A stretch of DNA of 64,000 nt, taken from NCBI RefSeq assembly GCF_018977255.1, contig NW_024704743.1, forward strand, positions 70,930,001 through 70,994,000, written 5' to 3'. This stretch comes from Callorhinchus milii. Lineage: Eukaryota. Below the pieces are notes generated by a model that was not told where the DNA came from, ran no database searches, and saw only the letters and a list, made by a program, of their open reading frames with translations. Below are positions 1 to 12,400 of the stretch, one piece after another. Within the stretch, counting starts at the first letter, position 1, and each line of letters begins with the position of its first letter. A program made the translations under genes and the position numbers.

Positions 1-291
1 AGACCTGATAGCAAACAGGTTAAACATTCAAACGGTCATTACAAATACACTTAAAAGTAATGTGAATTAGAATCAAACTAAAATCAACTGTAAACTCTGC
101 CGATTTTCCTAACAGCCAGGTTTCCACACATTTATAATAAAGTCAGGCAAGTCAGAATTTTGTCCAAGTGGAGTCTTTATTTCTGGTAGTAAAACAAAGT
201 ACATGACTAATTTGCTTACATAATCATGAAACTGCATATGCAATGCGTGTAAAATAAAAGATCTTAAATTCTGTAATGAAATTCACTTTAA

Positions 292-453
292 TCAACAAGA
301 TAAAATATATGATGCTTGCATTTCATCCAAAACATTACGGAATGTCTCCACGCACACTTTTCCCTCGGGATGTTTCTGAGCAGCTAGCTCCCACACCTGA
401 TCAAAACTCTCCTTGGGAAGATCCACTCCCATGGCGCAAAATATGCTTACAAT
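292..453 (-). CDS. EFHB: EFHB last exon ([10 protein letters not shown]...[23 protein letters not shown])
   Basis: Within ORF 292-525; polypyrimidine tract plus CAG acceptor; TGA at 292-294. Confidence 0.9.
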   Translation of the reverse strand: MVSIFCAMGVDLPKESFDQVWELAAQKHPEGKVCVETFRNVLDEMQASYILSC

Positions 454-3400
454 CTGATGAAACAGAAACAAAAATTGAGAGGTAAGTAAACACCACTGCC
501 ACATGGATTCAGTATTTTCAATCAAATTACTGCTCCAGAATTAACAACATTTTGTAAAATTTAAATAAATCAATAAAAATAATTTTTTTAAAGGCAAAAA
601 TAGGGGTTTATGAGCAACAATTAAACAATTAGATGCTCATAATGCGAAGACAAGAGAGTAAAATACTAATGTTCAAATATTCTGTGAACAAATCACAGAA
701 TGCTTCTGTATCATCATCACTAAAACAAACAAACCACTATACTGAGTGAAAGTGGATAACATTATGTATAAATTCCATGAAAAGGAAACAAATGCTGTTC
801 TGAGCTGCTTTAGTTGCCCACATAATAATAATCCTTACGTTTGATATAGCGCCTCATCATGTCTTCAAAACATCTCAAAGTGCTTCACAGGATATACTGT
901 AAAGTGTAGTGACTGTGTATTTTGTGGGCAAAAAGCAATAGCCAATTTACGTAGGAGTGGTCCACAAACAGTCATGGATTGAGTGGCCAAATTATTATTA
1001 ATTAATTAATTATTTTGGTGGGGTTATTACCCCCAGAAAGTAATCTGCCAATTGACTAACAACCGTGTTCCTACTTACTGCTAGATAATCAGAGACGTCT
1101 GGAGTAAGGAAACTTGCCTAAGGTTTCGTCCTCCCCAGTAATCAAGACCAAGTCCTCTTGCTTGCAAAGCAAGTGCGCTAACCACTATGCTACAGCACTC
1201 CACTTCAAACCTCCTCAAGCAATACTTGAAGTGTAACAATTCTACTCTATATATATTATACATATACCGTGTAGTAGTCAGCCAGTATGCCTGTCAGTTT
1301 AACATGAATTAAAACTGCTCAGAACTGATCGACAGTCTAAGGGTGAAGTTTCTCTATGCTTTTACATTACAAAATTCACAATAAAATCAAAATGTTATTA
1401 TTAAAATCTTTTAAGTATTAAATTGTGTGAGCAATTTGGATACTGGATTGATAAATACAAGTGAATACAAGTTTCATCTATCAGAATTCTTCTCCTGTAA
1501 ATGCTTTGTACTAAAAACAGTACAATGTTTCCTCCAGTAACTTACCTCTGATTTGGACCTTGACATAAAAATGTCTTTCTCGTATACACCCCTTTGAGCA
1601 AATATAGTGGGATTCAGCAAGCCTTGAGCATTTGACTCATCACCATAGTTAACCCGATCACTGATGCTGCGAAATCGAGGGGCTGGGATATCGGTACGGA
1701 TAGTAGGTATACCATATGCACGATCATCTGCTCAGAATAAAACATGCCATTTTATTTTAAATAAGGACATTACAGTACATTCTAAATTTAAGCAAAGTAA
1801 AGTTTCAGATATAAAACACTGCAAATATTTCACTTGATGATCATTCTCAATCAGATACTTTGTAGTCTCTGTTCCATAAAGATATTAGACATATCTTTAT
1901 ATGTTCATAGTATTTACTTAATTTCTTCACACTGTCACGTTGTTTGCTCCTTCTGAAGATGCAGACTCACACTGACACATAGTTCCACAGATGCTAATCA
2001 TGTTACCTAAATGGCCATTCTTTATGAGCAAAATGAACAGTAGGATTGAAATGATTGAATAAATGAATGATTAATTGGGTAAATGCAAAGGTAGGCACAG
2101 CAATACTCACTGACTGTAGACCGACCCCCTACTACTGCATTGATCTCTGAAGCAGAAGTACGGAATTCATCACAAGCCCAATCTTTAACTTTTGGTACAG
2201 TTCTTAATGTCTTGATTGAACTGCCAATATCTATTGGTACCACATCTCCAGGTTCCACTAGTGCATCCTTCATAGGCACACATTCAGGCGACAGGTGATC
2301 TGTTGAACATTTAACTCTGTTTAGTACTCTGTTTCAACCATGGTGGTGTCCTCTACTATTGACCTTGGTCTTTTACCTAGGTCTCTATGCATATAAAATA
2401 AAAACATGCTTACACCTGTTAATAAAACAATCCCCCCAAAATATACCTAGTACCTTTTGTAATAATCGCTTCTTCCAATTTTCCAAGTGGCATTCTATCT
2501 TTATGGTTCAAAAAATTTGCAAATTCCAAAAAGTTGATTGTGCCATCCCCATCCTGGTCACAGTATTGAATTAATTCATCAATGAGTGCAGGCTCTAAAT
2601 CCAATTTAAACTGTAAAAAGACATCTCGTAGCTCTTCTCTGTCAATCTTTCCATCACCATTCTAAACAGAACACAACTGTATCAACCAAATGACTTAAAT
2701 GCAAAGCAGCTAAATTCTCCCATGTGGAGGCAGTGTCACTTATATATGAAATGGAACAGAGAAGACAACGCAAAAGGGCAAGGCTAAAAGCATCAGTAAG
2801 TTCAAGTAACTGACAATCAACCTTTTTAGACTGTTGTAAGAATCATTTTAACAGCCTTTTTTTTAAAAAAATTAAGACCTTTTTTAATTTATGCTTGTGT
2901 ATTTTTTTTTCATTTTTGTCCAATTTTTTAAAATTTTCTCCAGCCTCCTCTTGCTCAAGTGCAGTTCTAGCCTTTAGGTTTGATTATGCCCAAGTTACAA
3001 ACCACTATACTGAGTGCAAGTGGATACCATTACGTATAAATTCCATTAAAAGGAGAGAAATTCTGTTCTGAGCTGCTTTAGGTGCCCATGTATATTTGGA
3101 AGTACAACAACATCTATTTTTATATGTTAAAATAATTATTAGATTAATCATTAAGTAAAAGTAATAAAAACAGTAGTGATTATCGGAATCTATCAATTGA
3201 TTCCAGCTTGTGATTAAAGACAAGATTGCAGAGGTCCAATAATTCTTATAGTATCAATAGAGTAAAATAATTCACCTTGTCATAATGCCGAAAGCCTTCA
3301 AGCAAGGAGTGGAAATTGAGGAAGTTAGCATTCTTCAAGTGCAGCCTTGCAGCGTTGAAGATTGATTTATGTCTCCTGTTCCCATGAACAAAGGTGTCTG

Positions 3401-6400
3401 GATTCCTATAATGAATAAGTTCTTCAACACCTGGAAAAATAATATATTCACTAAGTTGTTGCGAGAAAACTTTGTAAAGAAATATTTTTTTAAAATGCAG
3501 TCTGATATATGTATGCAGTTGCAAGTTATACAATAAAGATAATTTAAGTGCTCTAAGATACTATCCTGCCTAAAGGGCCTTATATAAATGCAAGTTGTTG
3601 TTAGAAGTGAATCATCCTGAATTTACTTTTATGCAATGTCTGATGTCTTCTAATTTGGTGTTCTCAGTAATACTATATTAATTCTTTATTGTATTTTGAT
3701 CTGGACTTTTCCTTCACAAAAAGGTCAACCTTTTGATGCTGCTCACCTCCCTGCCCTTCCTTACTTAGGATGTTAAATGCTCTGATCCATCAGTATTGCA
3801 GTCAGGTTCCCTTTTGATATAAAATGTTGTATACATCTGTTACCTGACAGTTTAATTCGATTCATTTTACATACAGGTATTATCTTTTAATTTTTATACT
3901 ACATGAGTGTGTGCTTCGTATTTATAGTCACACCAAAGCAAATACAGTGGAGTCTGAGGTGATTGGGAAGCTTAAAATCAAGTATAGAGGGGATGATATA
4001 GAGGCACTACTTGTCTGCCTCTGGTTTGGTTGAAGTTTGGCCAACACACTTCCTGTGTGCCAGTAGATTCGCCTGCTAAAATAAGGCTGACGTCCGACCC
4101 ATCAGTTGGCTGACATTACAACAAGATTTCATTTTACAGTATTCATTTTATAGTTTCATTATACATTTTATATTACTTTCTATTTGATGCCCTCTAGTCA
4201 CTAACTCACCGGCAAATGAAAATATTTTTTCACTATGTACTCTATCAAAACTGCTCAGAATTTTAGAGGTCTCCCCTCAATCTTTCTGTTCCAGTGAAAA
4301 TAGGTTCAGTACCTCCAGTCTCTGCTCATGGGTCACACTACTCATCCCTGGTATCATCCTAATACATCTCCTCAGCAAGCTCTCTGGGCCCTCTCACCCT
4401 TAAATTGTTTTTGAAGTGGGATGATCAAAACTGGGCACAACAACAGCAATTCCATAATAATAATCCTTATTTTGATACGGGACCTTTCATGTTTGAAGGA
4501 TGCATCAAAGAGCTTCACAAGATATACTGCTGTGGTTGTGTATTTATATATTATACATATATATAAAAAATATATACATAGGGCCTTTCAAGTCAGGAGG
4601 AAATCTCAAAGTGCTCCACACAGCTGGACACAGCATTCTAACTATGATCTAAGTAGCAATTTATAAATCACCTCTTGAGTTTTATATTCTATATCACTAT
4701 TTATAAAACCTAGGATACCAAGTTGGGCATAATTGTGGAATCTGAAGCTGGGCATAATTGTTAGGCCTCCATCAATTTTGTTAGTATTACTTTCTTTTCT
4801 GTAGCCATCTCTTCTAATTGCTGCCTTTTGATTATCACACACCTTCACAGAACTAAACTTTCCCAAAATTAACTGGACATAACAGGTTTGTGAACATTAT
4901 TTGTGCCTGCCCACAGCCAAAATATCAAGATCTTCTTTTAACTCACAATCAATATGAAATAAACTTACAAGCACTGAACATCATCAAAAGGTAGATGAAT
5001 AAGATATCAAAATAGCGGAAGTATTTGCAAAATAGATATTGTGAGATGATTATGAGGAAGAAACTTGAATTAAATTATCAGTTTCAGGCATATTGGACCC
5101 AGGAAACCCTCTTAGTGTTGTGCTCCATTCTAATATTACACATTTACTCATACATACAGCTCATCTGAGATTAAGATCTTTACCATACTCGTCAGGATGC
5201 AGTAAAACACCAAATGTGTGATCAGGGGAAACCCTCATGGTATCCGCAATTCTGAAAGAATAGAACAGTGCAAGTAAATCCAAACCATTGTTTTATGGCA
5301 ATTAATTTTGAAAGGAATAATCCACAACATAAACCTTGATTCTAATACTGTTTAATCCAAGGGAGGAGCCAGAGCATAAGGTGGCAATCTACCTCTACCT
5401 GATCGCCAGTGATTCCCAATGGAGAGGTCCAATCCCCCAGTTATTATCATCCCCCACTATCGCTGGAAGGCCTCGTTTGTGGAATCCCAATAAATGGGGT
5501 ATAAAAGGGTTCTCATGAAATCAGAGTCAAGTCGTTCATTTGGCAGTTTGAGCTATATTGCGAAGTGATTGGCTTCATTTTTTAAATCAAATTCCTCTTG
5601 TTTGATTCTACTACTCTCTTGTTAACAACTTTTATTTCCCCTTCCCCCAAAACCCACTACAGTGCATTCACTTTAGGCCCTGAAACAACAGAAGACTGGA
5701 ATAGTCAAGGCTCTCCTTAGTTACTTGTGTTTTGCTGCCACACTTGTGCATAAAAAAACACAAGTGGTTATATTTTCTATTACACTGAGTATCCAGTTTT
5801 CTACTAGTATCAATGTCAGGACAGAAAGGTCAGATTTTACTTGTACCTTTGAGGATCAATTCTCCCTATGGTCGTTAGTTCTCAAGGTGTTAATAATAAT
5901 TTATTGTCTGGCAGCCTGACTCACTTGATAGCACTCTCACTCTGAGTCAGAAAGTCATGGGTTCAAGCCCCACATCGGGACTTGAACTCAAACAGTCTAA
6001 ATTGACACTTCAGTGCACTGTTGGGGCGGAGAGTACTACATTGTTGGAGATCCTGTCATTCATTTCATAGTTGTTTGTGGGACATTGCTGTGTACAATTG
6101 GGTTGCTACATAGCCCTCAAATACAGTCACTCACTTCAAATCCTGTGGGACATCATCCTGATGTGAAAGGCACTATATCAAATGCAAAGATATCATTACT
6201 ATTAATAATAACACTATAAAATAAAAAATAAAATTCTGACTTACGGATCAAGGCCTTTTCCAAGTTGATGCTGTGTTTTTTCTCTAAAATTAGCAAGTTT
6301 TTTTGATATAATCTTTGCTCCTTTTTTTCTTTATTGAAATCAAACAAAGAAAATGGGAATAATTGAATACAATATCTCTTTTTAACAATATTGATATATC

Positions 6401-9400
6401 AATGGTTGTATATTGAATAATTCACACAAAAATCTAGCCAATATTTGCCCTGGAAATTATTACTTAAGCAGGCTGGTGATTCTATGGTATTATTACTGAT
6501 GCAGCTGTGGTGTGCAGATCAGCAAGGTTCCAGGTTCAATCTCAAGACGGTGCCATTAGTCAATCTCAACTAGAGTGGTGGTATGGTAGTTTCACTCGAC
6601 ACAGTCATTACACTACACAGTAAAATCCTACAAAGTACTTTGAGATGTCCACCCAACATGAAGGATGCTGTATAAAATATAAGGATTGTTATATAAAGGA
6701 AAACCTGCCAGGGTCTTGTGAACCTTTCTGGAAGTTGTATTTGTGTAATAGGCATCAAATAGAAGGCAGAAACTGGCATAACTGTAAAGCCAACTTCACA
6801 CCCCCACCCCCTTTCATGGTCACACAATCAGACCACACTTCCTATCTAGATTCACAGATGAAAGATAGCCACTTGGGCAAAATAGTACAATATTTCTAGT
6901 GACCATAGAACCATGCACTAGCAATAGAACCATGCACTTCTCCCATCAGAAGAAGTGAGAAAGTTGACTGAGAAAAAGATCTATGGTCCGAAATCTATAA
7001 ATTATAATTCATAAATCCTAAATGACTGATACAATTCTGTAATTTATAAAGTTATGGGACTCCTCAACTGTAGCAGTGATAAAATGTTAATAGCCATTTA
7101 TTAAGCAGTAATACTGCCATGGAATAATAGCCTTAAAGTAGAAAGCCACTGAGAGATTAGTGTTATTTTCACTCTCTGAATACATAATTCTCTGTTGAAC
7201 ACCTCAATTAAACCAGTAGCCATGACTAAAAAAAGGTTACTCTGCACCATATTAGTAGGCTAGTTAAAACTTAGCTTACTTTCTTTAATCAGGGTGGTCG
7301 CCAAGAGGGATAGGTGAGGCTAAGTAAACATGGGAATATACATGACTATCCAAACATATTCTAATTTTGTCTATCCTCAAACATTCCTGAGCAACATCCC
7401 ACTTATTCATTTATCCTTACAATATACTTACAGTTGCTCCTCTTGGAGCCAGTTCAATGGTTTTTTAATATTTCGTCCATCATTAAAATGAGGAGTCTGT
7501 ATTCCGAATGTGCTGTATTTGTTACATCTTGTCCAGGAATACTTTCTGTCCACTTGCTCTTCTATAATGAACACAATATTTTTAATAAAAGGCAATATGA
7601 TTGAGTCAAAAACAGAAGTCGCTGGGTACACTCAGCAGTTCAGGCAGCATCTATAGAGAAAGGAAAGTGAGTCAACGTTTCGGGTCCACTATCCTTCGTC
7701 AGAACAGATTAAATGATTGATTGTAATATAAGCAGTGTGATTAATAAAAATCAAAGTTTGATTTTATCCACAAGTGTATCGCCACCAATATTTGTATTGT
7801 TCTCAATTAGAGCACTGTAGGCAGCTGTGCAGTGTGTCTGCAAATGTTTCTCTTGATATTATTGAACTTCTAGCAATGTGTTGCAAGCAGAAGCTGTTAC
7901 AAACAAAGCTAATAATTCTGGGGCAATTCCCTACTTGAGTTGCGGGCAAATTTAAAAACTTACATATATAGCCAAATGCACAAGTACATTACTCGGCTCC
8001 TATTCCAAAGAAGCCAAGAATTCATCCTTTTCCAAATGCTTTTATCCACAAACAAATTGTAAATGTTTCTATTGCATAGAATCTACAGTCAAACAAGCTA
8101 TTTGGCCCAACTAATCCGTGCTGGTATTGAAACTCCACATGAGCTTCCACACATCCTAATTCCCCACTTCCTATCCTTCATACCCTTCTATTCCCTTCCA
8201 TTCTGTTGTAGAATACAATTTACATTTATATAGTGCCATTCACGTCAAGTGGAAGTCTCAAAACACTCGACAATATTGGATGGGCACCTGAGCTGGAGGT
8301 GGGAGGGGAAAAATGGCCAAAAGAGGTATTTGAGATGTACCTTGAATGAGGGGACGAACAGAGAGAGGGAGTCAGGGGGACTCCAGGATGGAGCTAAAGA
8401 AAACAAATGTTTTCTTCTTACGAAAATAAATAATTACAGTCATCTGGTTGCGAGAAGTATTGCTAAGTTTATGAATGCAACATGGACTAATAAGACATGG
8501 GTTATAATAATAATCCTTGCATTTGATATAGCGCTTTTCATGTCTTCTAGACGTCCCAAAGCGCTTCACAGAATATACTGTAAAGTGAATTGACTGTATA
8601 TTTGTGGGCGAACGTAGCAGCCAATTGCGCACAGCAATGTCCCACAAACAGTCATGGATTGAAAATGATCAATTTATTATTGTTTTGTTTTTTTGGAGGG
8701 ATTATTATCTCTCACTGTTTCTCACAGCAAATTCTTGATCTTTAAGGAATCCTCAGGGAGATGTCCAAGTGAAGTATTGTACTTCTCGAAGTAGGGATAG
8801 GAAAATCATTCAACCCAATCAATTATGTTCAAAGCCATTTACTGTTTTTAAATGAAAGCACGTGAGAAATATATAGTGCCAAGTGGGAGAAAAGTACTAA
8901 AAAATGGAAATGAGAAATAAACTTACCTTGCCACAATTTTTTGTTCTATATCTTTAGCTCTGATACAAGGCTATTTATTACATGTTATTAAGATTACCTT
9001 GGATTTGTCATTCAACATTTTATGCTGTGCTACTAAACATTAGACTACATTGGAGTCTACATCACACATAGAAACATGCATTTTGCCCACAAAATACAAT
9101 CAATCCACTTTCCAGTATATTCTGTGAAATGCTTTGAGACGTTTCAAAGATGTGATAAGGTGCAATATCAAATGCAAGGATTATTATTATTATTTTTATA
9201 AAAACATGGAAACAGGAATAGACTATTCAGTCCCTCGAGCTTGTTCCGCCATTCTACAAGATCATGGCTGATCTGTAACTCAAGTCTTGCCCCATATCCT
9301 TCCATAGCATTTCCAGGTGATGTTCTGATTGCATATTGTGGCTGTATCCCAGGTTTTTTCCTTAGCTGGTTCACAATGGTATATTCCGTAGTCAACCCCA

Positions 9401-12400
9401 TTACAATATGCATGTAAAAACAAATCCAGTATTTGAAACAACAGAATTATACTGTACATGTGAATTATTCCTTACCGGGTTTGTAATCATTGTGTGTTAA
9501 AACATATAATGGATGTCCCTCTTGTGCTTCTTTATCCACCTGTGCCCATGATTTTTGTGGATTTACAAGTTCTCTGGCAGTGATATCTGAAATAAGATTT
9601 CAAGTATGGTCTTAAAAGGAAATAATATCTAGTACCTAATAGGAACACAGATACAGGCAAAGGTCATTAATCGCATCAAACCTATTTCACCAACGTATTA
9701 GATCGTGGAAGATATTTTAACTCCCCCACCTCCAATACCTCTAATAGTATAGTGCTGGACAAAGCACACCTGGAAGAAATGGAAAACACTTTTTGTTTCA
9801 TGAACATTCTCTCCAAGGAGAATCCACCTTCATGCAGTTTCCCTAGAATCCACCTTCTTTAGCAATTGGGTAAATGCTACAGGAAGGAAGAAAAGTAGGG
9901 TGCATATCCCAAAACAGCTATGTCGGGTTTGAACCATTCTGGAACCATCTGACCAAAGGAACTGTCTACAGATATTGTTGCTCATACAATATCCAATTTA
10001 GCCAAATCATTACCAAGATTTCCATATAGATTTGGCAACTTCAATGTTGTAGCATTAAAGATATATTTTACCATATTTAGTGGCTTTGACCTGTCTACTC
10101 CTGTCTTTGACCTCAGAAACCAGACTCCTCTGTAACCATCAATGCTAGGTTCTCTTTAAGTATGAACTCGATCTTCTGTGTTGAAAACAGTAGAACAGTT
10201 CTGAGGTCTACAACTCAGAGTACATGCTAAATAATTAGTTGAGATGGTTGGAGCAGAGCCTCAAACAATTTGTGGTCGATGTGATCAAGGGGAGAGGATC
10301 AGGGCTCATTATTATTCCTGAGCGGGTTTGTAACGGCAGCAGGTGCCAGATGATTGGAGAGGTCAATCCATTCAGCCTCAGTTTATTGGCTGGGCCCCAA
10401 AACATCTTTAATTCATTGTTGGCCTTAATCATGGAGGTTGTCAGTTGACATTTGGGTGCAGCGTAAATAGGATACCAATTTAACTAACTCAGTGTCCTGT
10501 GAAACAGTACTCAGATCCTGGCTGCAGGATCAAAACAATACATCAGTTCTGTTCAGCAATATTCAAAATAGCACAGGTTTATCAATTTGGTTTTGGAGAA
10601 AAATAGTATTTGTGGGGGGCAGGGGTAGGGAGACCAGTTCCACAACCAGTCCTTAGGACTGAATAGAAAACTGTGATATTTCAGAATAGATTGTATGTGG
10701 TAGTTATCACATTATAAATCTGCTGATATGTTGTACTTTCAACCCATCTACAATAATAATCCTTGCAATATATAACACCTTATCACATTGCCAAAATGTA
10801 TCAAAGGGCATTACAGGATGTTTTGTGTAGTAGTGACTGTGTATTTTGTAAGCTGCCATGGGAGCCAATTTGACCAATTGTATCTGGGGGACCATTGGCC
10901 AGGACATGAGGGAAATCTTCCTTTTTTTAAAAATCAGGCATAGGATCTTTAACATCCACCTGAACAGACAGATAGGACCACAGTTTAATGTCTTATCTGA
11001 AGGACGGTATCTTTGATAATGTAATGTATCCCCAGTACTGCACTGGAGTGTCAGCCTGGGCTCTGAGCTCAAGTACCAATTCAGGAGCTTAAGCCACAAT
11101 TTTGCTACTCCAGGTGAGAGTGCTACCAGCTGAGCCAGGCTGACACAAACAACCGTAGTCCAAAGTTTTAATGATTCAAGCTTGAGTGCAGAATTAATTT
11201 TCAGGATATCTAAAATATTTAAGAGAGCTTCCTGATTCATTACTCTGTTCGTACCTCTGAGTAATTTTTTACCAAACGTGGTTTTGTACACATCTACCCC
11301 TTTGGGTAATCTTGAAGCTTGATCATACGACTTGCCCAATGGTGCTCGCTGATTGGTTGAATAAAGTCTTTCATGTTCATTTAAAATGTTTTGCTGAACC
11401 CAAGTCCTGATGGGGGGATTTACCAATGTTTTAACCTGAGCGAAATAAAAATTAAATTGAAAAGTTTTACAGTATGCTCAGTTTGAATTCCAATGTGTTT
11501 TATACTTCACTTTCCAATCTCACTTGTTGCCTGGACAATTACTAATCTACATCCCGTGTTCCATTCTCGAATACCATTTTGAAGTACAACCAACAAAGCA
11601 TATACAGTTATTATTTTCAGATCTTCCATAGCCAACACAAATGAGTGCCATTTCTCTCTATTACAACTTATCTGCATATGCAGAGGTTGAACAAATGAGG
11701 ATGAATGTGCATTGCCATTTTACAGTCCCACCATTGTTTTTGCAACTTATCAGCAGATAGGTGCCTGAAGCTGGACCATTAATCACATACCTACTGTAAA
11801 ATGAATTACTGAGACTTTTTTAATAATGGCTTTAAATAAGTTACAATGCCTTAACTAATGTATTATGAGACTAGTAGTCAGTTTCTTATTCCTGGGATTC
11901 CAAGGTGAGCAATATATCCATACAACTGGTATGTTTCCAAACCCCAATTTTCTGCTTGAGAGATGGGTATAAAAGTATAATTGTGTATTCCCGGCATGTC
12001 TACCTGTGCATATGTTTCTGATTATCAACAGTACTTATTCATCCCTCACAATCAGGTGGAGATTGGTCTTCAGTTTCAGACTTTGCATAAATCCAAATTT
12101 GGGTCACTCTAAAAGTGAAATCTCCCAAATTTGAAAGCAGGTAAAAATATTGATTTACTAATTGAACTTTGTTTATTGATTCAAACTTTCCTATCATTGT
12201 GAAGCAGAATTCACCAATCATTGGATTGTTCACCCACTAATAGGGAACACAAGCTGGGTCTAGATGGTCATGAGACAGGTTAGGTTTGGCTGAATGATGA
12301 TGTTGCAATAGTCATCCAGAAAATGTAAATATAGCTATTTGAGGTCAAACACAATTAAATTCCATATTAAGCCTGTACAACAACAACTTGCATTTATATA

